Below, one piece after another: positions 27,053-35,219 of a stretch of 64,000 nucleotides of DNA. A program made the position numbers and the translations under genes. The DNA comes from Gemmatimonadaceae bacterium. GTDB lineage: Bacteria > Gemmatimonadota > Gemmatimonadetes > Gemmatimonadales > Gemmatimonadaceae. Position 1 is the stretch's first letter, and the number at the start of each line of letters is the position of its first letter. The notes beneath the pieces are model-generated. The model saw only the letters and a program-made list of their open reading frames with translations, had not been told where the DNA came from and ran no database searches. The DNA lies in the NCBI GenBank assembly GCA_046263215.1, contig JBHELH010000318.1, forward strand, positions 778-64,777, read 5' to 3'.

Positions 27053-27665
27053 TCGCCGCACCAGCACGCTCGAGTCGACCGACGCCGGCAAAGGCGCCGA
27101 GCGCGATCGCCACGACGGCGAAGACGACCACGCCGTACGGTACGCCCAACAGATCGGGAAAGGTCAGCGCGCCCTGCGGTGTGCTTCCGTAGAAGCGCTC
27201 GATCACCGGGAACGCTTCCCCGAAGAGCCAGACGCCGAGAAGCATCCCGCCGACGAGCGCGAGACCGTCGAGGCGTCCCGTCGCCGCGGCGACGCAGGAG
27301 GTGCCGGGACAGAGCCCGCCGACGACGAAACCGGCACCGAAGACGAGGCCACCCGCGAGCTGCGGAATCAGGAACGTCTCAGGCACATAGACGCGCGATA
27401 CGTCCACGACGCCCAGCCTGCCGAGCCAGAAGAGCCCGAGCATTGCCGTGAGGATCGCGCTGAACATCACCTTGAAGACGGTGAAGTCCGTGAGGTAGAA
27501 CTGCCCCGCGAGCTTGCGCGCGTTTCCCAGGCCGCCGCGCTCGAGGAACCAGCCGAAGGCGGCGCCGAGCAGTAGCGCCGTCGCGAGTGCCACGCCGTCG
27601 CCGATCCGACCGAGCCCGTAGAGTGGCGCGACGGGGTCGACCGTCACCGGGGTCGGCGTCGTCAT
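27045..27665 (-). CDS. YeeE/YedE-family sulfur-compound transporter subunit (half-size)
   Basis: Start re-set to ATG 27665 (ATGA overlap with the upstream stop). 206 aa, with the family's conserved Cys motif GGLCPGTSCVAAA and 4-5 TM helices. Confidence 0.88.
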   Translation of the reverse strand: MTTPTPVTVDPVAPLYGLGRIGDGVALATALLLGAAFGWFLERGGLGNARKLAGQFYLTDFTVFKVMFSAILTAMLGLFWLGRLGVVDVSRVYVPETFLIPQLAGGLVFGAGFVVGGLCPGTSCVAAATGRLDGLALVGGMLLGVWLFGEAFPVIERFYGSTPQGALTFPDLLGVPYGVVVFAVVAIALGAFAGVGRLERAGAANG

Positions 27666-28216
27666 CGCCACTGCCTGCGCACGAGTGGCGCGACAAGAAA
27701 CGCCGCCGCGAACGCGGCCGCGATGAATGTCCAGCTGCCGACGCTGAGGAGCGCTCCGCCCGTCAGCGCCTGCCCGCTCGTGCAGCCGCGAGCGAGCTTC
27801 GCGCCGATCCCCATCACCGCCCCACCGGCGACAGCGTACGCCACACGAGTGCCGCGGCCGGCGTGCGGGCCGCGCTCGACCGCGCCCCACTTGACGCGTC
27901 CGGACAACACGCCGGACAGCAGCGCGCCGAGTGTGATCCCAATGACCTCGAGCACGAGCCAATCGCGAAGGAGCCCTGCGCCCGTGACCGCGCCAGCGCC
28001 TGTGGCCGCGGCGTATCGCGCGTGGTACGGGCTCGCCGCGGCATGCGCCGGCGCGACGGCCGTCACCGTGGCGGTGACGACACTCGAGAAGGCCCCTGAA
28101 GCGCCGAGACCGCGACCCATGATGACGTACGCGAGGAGAAGGACGACGCCGATCCCGACGCCCGCCAGGTAGGGACTCATGTACGGCCGCGCGGCGCGGG
28201 CATGCTGCCGTGGCAT
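27662..28216 (-). CDS. YeeE/YedE-family sulfur-compound transporter subunit (half-size)
   Basis: Start re-set to ATG 28216, 4 nt after the upstream stop (alternative ATG at 28180). 184 aa, with conserved LARGCTSGQALTG motif and multiple TM helices. Confidence 0.88.
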   Translation of the reverse strand: MPRQHARAARPYMSPYLAGVGIGVVLLLAYVIMGRGLGASGAFSSVVTATVTAVAPAHAAASPYHARYAAATGAGAVTGAGLLRDWLVLEVIGITLGALLSGVLSGRVKWGAVERGPHAGRGTRVAYAVAGGAVMGIGAKLARGCTSGQALTGGALLSVGSWTFIAAAFAAAFLVAPLVRRQWR

Positions 28217-28220
28217 GATC

Positions 28221-29183
28221 TCAGCGCCCGTCGCCGCCGCTCCGGTGACCAGTCTTGCGCCCTCCTTCGACTGGTAGCTCTTTCCGCGCCGACCAGTCGT
28301 CGAACGACCCGTCGTACAACCGAGCTGTGTACCCGAGCGAGCGCGCCGCGAAGATGACTGCCGTCGCCTGCTGGCCAATGTGGCAATAGACAACAACGGT
28401 GTCACCGGGCTTGACGCCGGCTTTCCGGAAGAGCGTCGTGAGCGAGTCTGCACCGAGCAACCGTAGGTCATCTCCAAAGACGGAGTTGAACGGCAGGCTG
28501 ACGGCGCTCGGGATGTGGCCCGCTCGGTGCTCGCCGTGCGACGGCCCGTCGTAGAACATCGGCGCGCGCGCGTCGACGATCGTAACACCCGGCGCGCGGA
28601 TGCTCCGCTGCACGAAGGCATGGTCGACGGTGAGCTCAGCTCGCGTCGGACGCGCGGTGAGCCGTCCGGGCTTCGCCGCCGGAGGCGCGGCCGCGGTCAC
28701 CGGTCTGCCCTCCTGCTTCCAAAGCGGCATCCCGCCGTCGAGGAGCGAGGTCCGATCGCCGAGCCCGATCCAGTCGAGCGTCAGGACGACGCGCGTCGAC
28801 GGCGAGACCCAGTCCTTTCCGTAGTAGACGACGACCCGCGAGTCATCCGAGATGCCGAGGCCCTCCAGCCGCCTGCGAAGCTCCTCAGGGGCGAGCATCT
28901 CGAGCGCCAGCGTCCCCGGCGCGTGCGGCGTCGAGATGTCACGGAGGGAGACGAGCCGCGCCCCGGGAATGTGCTCGGCGCGGTATTCCCGCTCCTCGCC
29001 GACATGCAGGAGGACGAGGTCGGGATCGTTCAGGTGGTTGGCGAGCCACTCCGTGGAGACGAGAAGCGCCTCGCGTGGGCTCGCGACAGCGGCCGCTCGT
29101 ACGGTGACGGCCGGCGTTAGTACGTGGGCATCGACGATAGGCGTCACGATCGTGATGACGGCGGCCGCGACATGAATGAGCAC
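28221..29183 (-). CDS. Two-domain rhodanese sulfurtransferase (thiosulfate/3-mercaptopyruvate sulfurtransferase-like), exported
   Basis: Start re-set to GTG 29183, preceded by GAGGA at -11. Two rhodanese modules are present (LVSTEWLANHLNDPDLVLLHVG...; VTIVDARAPMFYDG...) with catalytic loop VVYCHIGQQATAV. The 5' 330 codons of the track ORF are junk. Confidence 0.9.
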   Translation of the reverse strand: MLIHVAAAVITIVTPIVDAHVLTPAVTVRAAAVASPREALLVSTEWLANHLNDPDLVLLHVGEEREYRAEHIPGARLVSLRDISTPHAPGTLALEMLAPEELRRRLEGLGISDDSRVVVYYGKDWVSPSTRVVLTLDWIGLGDRTSLLDGGMPLWKQEGRPVTAAAPPAAKPGRLTARPTRAELTVDHAFVQRSIRAPGVTIVDARAPMFYDGPSHGEHRAGHIPSAVSLPFNSVFGDDLRLLGADSLTTLFRKAGVKPGDTVVVYCHIGQQATAVIFAARSLGYTARLYDGSFDDWSARKELPVEGGRKTGHRSGGDGR

Positions 29184-29255
29184 GGGATGTCCTCGGAGGC
29201 GTGCGACTCGAGTCGTGCCGGCCGGGAAGGGATCGGCCGGCGAGCGTACGATATG

Positions 29256-29288
29256 AAACGGCCACCAGCGCGTGGTGGCCGTTTGTTG
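29256..29288. terminator. Hairpin terminator downstream of the response-regulator operon
   Basis: AAACGGCCACCAGCGCGTGGTGGCCGTTT has a 12-bp stem (9 core G/C-rich pairs plus 3 A-T pairs) and is flanked by T-containing runs on both strands. It begins ~20 nt after the stop (29309-29311) of the small frameshifted ORF. Confidence 0.55.
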
Positions 29289-29308
29289 CCGGAGTTGTGA
29301 TGGAAATG

Positions 29309-29615
29309 TCAGCGCGCGCCGGCGAGCGGATCCGCGAGCGGCCACTTGCCAACGAGCCGCAAGCGCAGCGCGGTGACCGACGTGCCAATAACCGGCTCCG
29401 ATCTGATGACGTCCACGCGGGGCCCGGACAGGCCGCGGAGGGCGGGGCCGCTGGCGAGCGGGACGACCGACAGTGAGAACTCGCGGGCTCTGAGGCTCGC
29501 TGCCACGCTCGACGAGGTAGACCCGGACAGGGTCGCTCGTGGCGTTGTCGAACAACAACAGCGCTTCCGGCCTCGCGCGGAGCGGAGGACGTGAAGCTTG
29601 CAAGTTGCAGTTCAC
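29309..29615 (-). CDS. Small unannotated ORF coupled to the response-regulator stop; interrupted by a 1-nt frame change
   Basis: GTG at 29615-29613 overlaps the regulator stop (GTGA). This frame has high third-position GC to about 29510 (..EALLLFDNATSDPVRVYLVE). High GC3 then continues in the frame of track ORF 29309..29506 (..SLSVVPLASGPALRGLSGPRVDVIRSEPVIGTSVTALRLRLVGKWPLADP), and a terminator follows. The plus-strand ORF 29346..29594 shares the same third positions, so strand assignment rests on context. Confidence 0.35.
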
Positions 29616-30298
29616 CTCTCGAACCGATACCCCACTTTCCACACCGTGACGATGTGTGACGGATCTGCGGGATCGTCCTCGAGCTTGCGACGCAGCTCGG
29701 CGACGTGCGAGTCGACGGTCCGCGAGACGACGAACGCGCCATAGCCCCAGACCTCCCGCAAGAGCTCCTGCCGCGTCACCACCTTCCCCTCGCGCGCGAT
29801 CAGCGCCATGAGGAGGTCGAACGCCTTCGGCGAGAGCTGCACCGGTCGGCCCCGGCGCGTCACGGTTCGCGCCGTCGGGTCGACGACGACGGCGCCGAAG
29901 CGGATCTGTGCGTCCCCCTCCCGGGCGTCGCGTGCCGCCGAGCGCCGCAGGAGCGCGCCGACGCGCTCGAGGAGCTCGAGGACACCGAACGGCTTCGTCA
30001 CGTACTGGTCGGCGTCGAGTCGGAAACCGCGCACCTTGTCCGCCTCCTCGCCACGCGCGGTGAGAATCATGACCGGCACGTTGTTCCGGTCGCCGCGGAT
30101 CGCGCGCAGGACCTCGTAGCCGTCGATCCCCGGCAGCATGAGGTCGAGGATGACGAGGTCGGGGCACCACTCGCGCGCGAGCGCCAGCCCGCGTCGCCCG
30201 TCTTCGGCGACCTGCACCTCGTGACCCTCGAGGCCGAGGTTGTACTCGATGCCGGCGGCGAGAGCGGCGTTGTCCTCGATGACGAGGATGCGGGGCAT
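29612..30298 (-). CDS. OmpR-family two-component response regulator
   Basis: 228-aa ORF with a receiver domain (ILVIEDN..., DLVILDLMLPGIDG, TARG, KPF) and a winged-helix output domain (VSRTVDSHVAELRRKLE...IVTVWKVGYRF). Confidence 0.95.
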   Translation of the reverse strand: MPRILVIEDNAALAAGIEYNLGLEGHEVQVAEDGRRGLALAREWCPDLVILDLMLPGIDGYEVLRAIRGDRNNVPVMILTARGEEADKVRGFRLDADQYVTKPFGVLELLERVGALLRRSAARDAREGDAQIRFGAVVVDPTARTVTRRGRPVQLSPKAFDLLMALIAREGKVVTRQELLREVWGYGAFVVSRTVDSHVAELRRKLEDDPADPSHIVTVWKVGYRFER

Positions 30299-30300
30299 GC

Positions 30301-30395
30301 GAGGGGTGGAGGGTGGAGGGTGGAGCGAGCTTCGGTCAGGAAGGCCTCGGCATGAGGGGGACGGCCTTCTGCACCCTCAACCCTCCACCTTCCAC
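30301..30395. repeat. GGTGGAG-armed hairpin spanning the His-kinase stop and the regulator start region
   Basis: The plus-strand left arm is GAGGGGTGGAGGGTGGAGGGTGGAG (30301-30325) and the right arm is CACCCTCAACCCTCCACCTTCCAC (30372-30395). An inner stem is GAAGGCC/GGCCTTC. Confidence 0.8.
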
Positions 30396-32120
30396 GCTCG
30401 CCGGTACGGGAAGCTCAACGACGAAGGCCGCTCCTCCTGCGGACCCCTCCTCCACCCACGCCTTCCCGTCGTGCTCGTCCACGATCTCCCGCACCACCGT
30501 CAAGCCGATTCCGCTCCCGCCTGCACCCTCGCGCGCGGCGCTCCCGCGTTGGAAAGGACGCCAGATCGACTCGCGCTCGCCGGCGGGGACGCCGGGGCCT
30601 TGGTCCTCGACGGCGACGCGGATGGTGTCCGCGGATGGCGACGTCACTCGAACGCGCACAGTCTGACCGACGGGGCCGTACTTGACCGCGTTGTCGAGGA
30701 GGTTGAGGAGGACCTGGCGGAAGGTGCCGGGGCGCATCTGGACCTCTGCGACCGGGGTCGGTTCGGCGAGCTCCACGACGACCTGCGCCCTGCGCACCGC
30801 GGCGAGCGGTTCGAACTCGGCCACGATCTCCGCCGTCTCATGGGGGACGTTCACCAGGCCGCGGGGGGTCGATCTGTCGGCGGGTCCGCGCGCGCCGCGA
30901 GCGAAGCGCAGTACGTTCTCGACGAGGTGCGACAGGCGGCGCGTCTCGCGGTCGATGTGCTCGACGGCGCGTGTGCGCTGCGCGTCGGTAGCGAAACGGC
31001 CGAGCCGCATCGTCTCGACGTAGAGTCGGATCTGCGCGAGCGGCGTGCGCAGCTCGTGCGACACGCTGGACACGAAATCGGCCCGGATGCGCGCCAGCTC
31101 CCCCTCGCGCCGGAGCTGCGCGACGGCGACGATCGAGAGCGCCGCCGCGAGCGCGAGCAGCGCGAGGAGGAAGGGCAGGCGCGAGCGCGGCAGACCGCCG
31201 ATCAGCAAGTCCCCCGCGAGGTCCGGCCGGATCTGCGCGTGGATCACCATCCCGCCGTAGCTCGCGGCCATCGTCTGCGACGCGTCGAGATCCCAGCCGC
31301 GCCGCTTGTCCGAGGAGAAGAGGAGCGGCCCGTGACCGCGCATCATCACCTCGACGGACATCATCTCGCGGTTCGAGCGACCCGCGGTGAGCGCGGCCGG
31401 GAGAATGCCCTGCCGGTCCAGGACGCGACCCATGAGACCCTCGAAGTCCTTCGCCGCGTACTCGACGCCGTAAATGATCGTGTCGCCCCACGCCGTCGGC
31501 ATGAGCGTGTACGCGAGGTAGCGAGGCTTGTCGCGGTACTCGCCGATGACGTAGGCGAAACCCCAGTCGGAGCGGAATCCGGAGCGCACGAGCGCCGTCA
31601 GTGTGTCGTTGACCCAGGCGCGCTCGGCCGGCGTATAGCCGGTGATCGCCGCGGCGGGCCCGCCGTGGGGAGGCGGGAGGTCGACGACCCAGCCGACGTC
31701 CGGACGCTCGCTCATGTTGACGCCGACGCCGAGCGTGTCGGTGCCGAGCTTGAAGCCGAAGAAGATCCCCGGGTTCGGCCCGTACCCGGCGCGGTGACAG
31801 AAGCAGCGGTCGTCCCAGTCCAGGTAGTGGGCGAGCCCGCTCGCATTCGGGATGCTAGGCGAGGTGTGCACCTGGTGGCCGTGGTTCACGGCTCCGAGCA
31901 CCTCGCGCGCGGCCGCGGTCAGGACTTCGCGCAAGTGCTGCTGGTAGCTCCAGGCGGCGAAGCTGGCATATCCCTGGAGCGCGCGCTCGGCGGTCGCACG
32001 CTGTGAGCGAACGGCGCGCTGGGCGTCGACGGCCGCGATCGCCGTGACGCCGATGCTGACGAGGAGGAGCGCGAGCGGCCAGCGGAGGCGAGCGGACGCG
32101 GGAAGGGACAGCCGGGCCAT
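30336..32120 (-). CDS. Sensor histidine kinase (periplasmic sensor, HisKA + HATPase_c)
   Basis: Start re-set to ATG 32120 (MARLSLPASARLRWPLALLLVSIGVTAIAAV). A second TM helix is followed by the H-box FVSSVSHELRTPLAQI, N-box LLNLLDNAVKYG, and G-boxes DQGPGV and GGSGIGLTVV. Confidence 0.92.
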   Translation of the reverse strand: MARLSLPASARLRWPLALLLVSIGVTAIAAVDAQRAVRSQRATAERALQGYASFAAWSYQQHLREVLTAAAREVLGAVNHGHQVHTSPSIPNASGLAHYLDWDDRCFCHRAGYGPNPGIFFGFKLGTDTLGVGVNMSERPDVGWVVDLPPPHGGPAAAITGYTPAERAWVNDTLTALVRSGFRSDWGFAYVIGEYRDKPRYLAYTLMPTAWGDTIIYGVEYAAKDFEGLMGRVLDRQGILPAALTAGRSNREMMSVEVMMRGHGPLLFSSDKRRGWDLDASQTMAASYGGMVIHAQIRPDLAGDLLIGGLPRSRLPFLLALLALAAALSIVAVAQLRREGELARIRADFVSSVSHELRTPLAQIRLYVETMRLGRFATDAQRTRAVEHIDRETRRLSHLVENVLRFARGARGPADRSTPRGLVNVPHETAEIVAEFEPLAAVRRAQVVVELAEPTPVAEVQMRPGTFRQVLLNLLDNAVKYGPVGQTVRVRVTSPSADTIRVAVEDQGPGVPAGERESIWRPFQRGSAAREGAGGSGIGLTVVREIVDEHDGKAWVEEGSAGGAAFVVELPVPASVEGGGLRVQKAVPLMPRPS

Positions 32121-32167
32121 CGGCCTCAAGATGGGACCGGCCTCGCGGGCGCGACAATGGCGGATTT

Positions 32168-32665
32168 GTGAGGGATCTGTGCAGGGCTCCGGACGCGGGG
32201 CCGAAGCCCGCCGGCTTGCGTCGGGGCGATCTGCCGGCGTTGATTTTCGTCGTGGGCGCGACACTGATCGAATCGCCGGATGAGCACCATTGGGTGCTTC
32301 TCGACCACCAAGTGACACAGCTTGTGATCGAGGCGGGCTCCTTTCGTATCCAGACGTGGTCACTCGACGCGTCGGCGGAGATCCGGTGCGCAGCGCCGTT
32401 CACGCTCCGTCAGCCGTCCGGAGCGGAGCGGCTGATCGATCCGTCTGAGACGGAGACGTTGGCCCCGGTGCTCACGTTGCTGCGGCGGCGGCTGGAGAGC
32501 ATCACGGTCACGCGCGACGGGGAGCTGACGGCGGCGTTCAGCGGCGGCGTGACCCTCGTCGTCGGCGGTCGCCGGCGGACACCTGCCTGGGAGGTGCAGG
32601 GCGGGGGCGCCCTCGAGGGGATGAGCTACAGCGGCGCGCTGCCGACGGGGGCCGAGCGGGGATAG
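32168..32665 (+). CDS. Hypothetical protein (DUF6188-like by pattern); start uncertain
   Basis: 165-aa ORF. More likely starts are TTG 32240 or GTG 32252 (..VGATLIESPDEHHWVLL). The pattern ..LVIEAGSFRIQTW...APFTLRQPSG...LAPVLTLL...ITVTRDGELTAAFSGG..AWEVQG resembles DUF6188 proteins as I recall them. Confidence 0.55.
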   Translation: MRDLCRAPDAGPKPAGLRRGDLPALIFVVGATLIESPDEHHWVLLDHQVTQLVIEAGSFRIQTWSLDASAEIRCAAPFTLRQPSGAERLIDPSETETLAPVLTLLRRRLESITVTRDGELTAAFSGGVTLVVGGRRRTPAWEVQGGGALEGMSYSGALPTGAERG

Positions 32666-32697
32666 CAACGCGCGCGAGTGTCGGGATGACTAACGGC

Positions 32698-33549
32698 TCA
32701 CTTCATCCGCACTGTCACTAGCAACGGCCGGTGATCCGACGCCGCGGTCTCGAGAACGATCGCGCTCGCGCACGTCGCACTCCCCGTGAGATACAGGTAA
32801 TCGATGCGCTTCGTCGGCGCGTCGGCCGGGTACGTGAAGCCGTCGCCGTGGCCGCACTCGAGCCACGCGTCGCGCAGCCCGCCCGTCCGCACCTCGGCTT
32901 GCACTTCGCTGTCCGGCGTCGAGTTGAGGTCGCCGCCGACCAGCACCAAGGGTGCCGCGTCGCGGGCGATCGCGAGGACGGTGCGAATCTCTTGCCGGCG
33001 GTAGTGGTCGTCGCGCGACGCGTCGAGGTGCGTGTTCACGAGCGTCAGGTCAGCGCCGGGCACGCGCACGGTCACCCGCTGCGCACCGCGCGGCTCGTAT
33101 GAGCCGCCTGAGCGGCGCTGCGGAGGCTCGACGGGGAGCCGCGTCAGCGTCTGGTGGGTGATCGGCCACCGGGAGAGCGTGGCGATCCCGTATTCGCCGC
33201 CGTCGTAGTCGAGCGTCTTCCCGAATGCGACCGCGAAGCCGGTGCGCCTCGCGAGCGTGTCCGGCTGATCGACCTGACCGGAGCGACGCGTGTAGCGGTC
33301 GACTTCCTGCAGCAGCACGACGTCGGCTCGTACCTCGCGCACGAGGTCGGCCACGCGCGAGAGGTTGTCTCGTCCCGCAGCGTCCTTCCCGGCGTGCACG
33401 TTGTACACGAGCACGCGCATCTCGCGCGGCGTCGCCGGGACGTGCGGTCGTGCACAGGACGCGCCGACCGCGACCGCGAAGACCCAACAAATGACGGCGC
33501 GGCGCCATGACGCGTCTCCCCTCTGCCCGAATCGACCGCGCAGTCTCAT
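32698..33549 (-). CDS. Endonuclease/exonuclease/phosphatase (EEP) family lipoprotein
   Basis: 283-aa ORF with lipobox AVAVGASC and EEP motifs VLVYNVHAG, VVLLQEVD, LVNTHLD, GGDLNS and SDHRPLLV. Confidence 0.9.
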   Translation of the reverse strand: MRLRGRFGQRGDASWRRAVICWVFAVAVGASCARPHVPATPREMRVLVYNVHAGKDAAGRDNLSRVADLVREVRADVVLLQEVDRYTRRSGQVDQPDTLARRTGFAVAFGKTLDYDGGEYGIATLSRWPITHQTLTRLPVEPPQRRSGGSYEPRGAQRVTVRVPGADLTLVNTHLDASRDDHYRRQEIRTVLAIARDAAPLVLVGGDLNSTPDSEVQAEVRTGGLRDAWLECGHGDGFTYPADAPTKRIDYLYLTGSATCASAIVLETAASDHRPLLVTVRMK

Positions 33550-33620
33550 TTCAAGACGCCCTCTCAGAAGGAATGCGCAATCATGAATACTCGCTCCCTG
33601 CCCATCGGTACTCTGGCCAG

Positions 33621-33688
33621 GAGGTAGAGAGGAAGGAGGAAGGAGGAGGGAGGAGCGAGGGGAGAGTGGTGGGGACTCCTCCCTCCTC
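33621..33688. repeat. Purine-rich (GGAAGGA/GGAGGGA)-armed hairpin, copy 1
   Basis: GAGGTAGAGAGGAAGGAGGAAGGAGGAGGGAGGAG...GGGGACTCCTCCCTCCTC. It shares AGAGAGGAAGGAGGAAGGAGGA and ACTCCTCCCTCCTCA with the inverted copy at 51014-51095, and overlaps the stop of the M48 gene. Confidence 0.8.
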
Positions 33689-35120
33689 AGCCCCTTACGA
33701 CTCGCTTCATGCGCCGACCGGCGCGCAGCGTCGAGTTGGCGCCGGCGATGCGGTTCAGCAGGGCAACTTCCTCCGCATCGACGGCTGACGGGTAGCGGCG
33801 GTTGAACTCCGCGAACGTCGTCGCCCGGCCGAGGCGAACGATGTTGATCCGGTTCGGCCGCACCTCGAGCAGCCGCGAGTCCGCAACGGGTGCGAAGCTG
33901 CCGACGGCTTGGCGAAAAGCTTCGGTGTGACCGTTGCCGGCCTGGCTAGTCGCGACGCCCACGATCTGGTAGGTCCGCCCGCCATAGCCGATCCATGCCG
34001 CGACGCCGGTCCCGGCGCTCGCGTTCGTCGTCGCGCGGAACGGCACGACGACGAACGCATTGCCGCTGACGCTATCCGTTGCGGTGTTTCCCGTCGCACG
34101 GACGCCGGGTTGTCCGAGAAACCGCTCTGCCGCCTCGTCCGGGCCCGCCTGCTCGACGACCGCGAGCTGCATTGCCGCCTCCCGGTCCGGGCTTGTCGCG
34201 ACCACGGCCTGGGCGAGGCTGCGGTAGCTCCACCCGGCTGGGAGCTCGAGGCGGAAGCGGAGATCCGGATGCACGAACGTCGGGCCTCGGAAGAACCCCT
34301 GCCGCGGGTCGTGGCCGTAGACCAGGTCTTCGATCTGCTCCAGGTACTCGCTCCGGTTCAGACTCAGCGAATCGGGCGGGTCCAAGACCGCACCGGCTCG
34401 CCGCGTGGCCGTCTCGACGCGGTCGCCCGGGTCGGGGTGTGTCACGAGCCAGGACGGAAGCGCACTCCGCCCGCCGATTGTCTCGAGGCGGCCGAGCGCG
34501 GAGAAGACGCCGCCCATCTCACGGACGTCGTAGCCCGCAGCGAGCATGTTCCGGAAGCTCATGTCGTCCGCCTGTCGCTCGGCGTCGGGTCCGTGCTCGA
34601 CGAAGAGCAGACCGGCGCCCGCGGCCGCGCCGCCGCCGAGCGATCGTAGCTCCGCGACCGGAACCGCCCAGACGCCAAGCTGCGCCCCGGCCTGCCGCGT
34701 GAGCGCTTGGATGCCGTGCTTGGCGTTCACGTGCGCGATCTCGTGGGCGATGACACCGGCCAGCTCCGCCTCCGAGTTGATGACGCCGAGCATCCCGCGC
34801 GTGACGAAGACGTACCCGCCGGGGAGTGCGAATGCGTTCGGCATCGGGTCGTCGACGACGCGGAAGGTCCACGGGAGCTGGGACCGTTCGGACGCCGCGG
34901 CCAGTCTCGCCCCGACCTGCTGGACGTAGTCCTGGAGAGCTTGATCGGCGACGAGCCCCAACGTCCGCGTCACCTCGCGCGCGGCCCGCTGTCCGGCCCG
35001 GATCTCCTGCGCCTCGGAGAGTCGGGGTGCGAGAATGCCCGTCCCGCCGGTGCCAGGCGCTCCGGCGCAGGCGGTGGTCGAGACGACCCCGAAGACCGCG
35101 ATGGTGCGGATCGCGCCCAT
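33687..35120 (-). CDS. M48-family zinc metalloprotease, exported
   Basis: HEXXH motif VIAHEIAHVNAKHG and signal peptide MGAIRTIAVFGVVSTTACAG. Start set to ATG 35120, because the TTG 35156 of the track lies inside the U-tract of the upstream terminator. Confidence 0.9.
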   Translation of the reverse strand: MGAIRTIAVFGVVSTTACAGAPGTGGTGILAPRLSEAQEIRAGQRAAREVTRTLGLVADQALQDYVQQVGARLAAASERSQLPWTFRVVDDPMPNAFALPGGYVFVTRGMLGVINSEAELAGVIAHEIAHVNAKHGIQALTRQAGAQLGVWAVPVAELRSLGGGAAAGAGLLFVEHGPDAERQADDMSFRNMLAAGYDVREMGGVFSALGRLETIGGRSALPSWLVTHPDPGDRVETATRRAGAVLDPPDSLSLNRSEYLEQIEDLVYGHDPRQGFFRGPTFVHPDLRFRLELPAGWSYRSLAQAVVATSPDREAAMQLAVVEQAGPDEAAERFLGQPGVRATGNTATDSVSGNAFVVVPFRATTNASAGTGVAAWIGYGGRTYQIVGVATSQAGNGHTEAFRQAVGSFAPVADSRLLEVRPNRINIVRLGRATTFAEFNRRYPSAVDAEEVALLNRIAGANSTLRAGRRMKRVVRG

Positions 35121-35145
35121 GCCCCACTTCCTATCGATGGGTGGC

Positions 35146-35184
35146 CGGAAAAACAAGGCGGGGCGGCTTCCGGGCCGCCCCGCG
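35146..35184 (-). terminator. Rho-independent terminator after the L,D-transpeptidase gene
   Basis: Minus strand reads GCGGGGCGGCCCGGAAGCCGCCCCGCCTTGTTTTTCC: a GC-rich stem followed by a T5 run, ~35 nt after the stop at 35220. Confidence 0.75.
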
Positions 35185-35219
35185 CGAGGTGCTCGCGACG
35201 CTCACGCGCCGGATTCGAA

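Noticed and set aside
28221-30170. 649-aa ORF spanning sulfurtransferase, intergenic region and response regulator
   Set aside because: Only the last 320 codons look like protein (two rhodanese domains). The rest is Arg/Pro-rich and overlaps the regulator gene out of frame. A GTG at 29183 with a GAGGA SD fits as the start.
30240-32006. 588-aa plus-strand ORF
   Set aside because: It is antisense to the histidine kinase gene, which has clear H, N and G boxes. Its translation is Arg/Asp/Glu/Pro-rich with no motifs.
35121-35156. TTG-initiated 12-codon N-terminal extension of the M48 protease
   Set aside because: The TTG and following TTT TTC codons are the U-tract of the upstream terminator. 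ATG 35120 opens a normal signal peptide.
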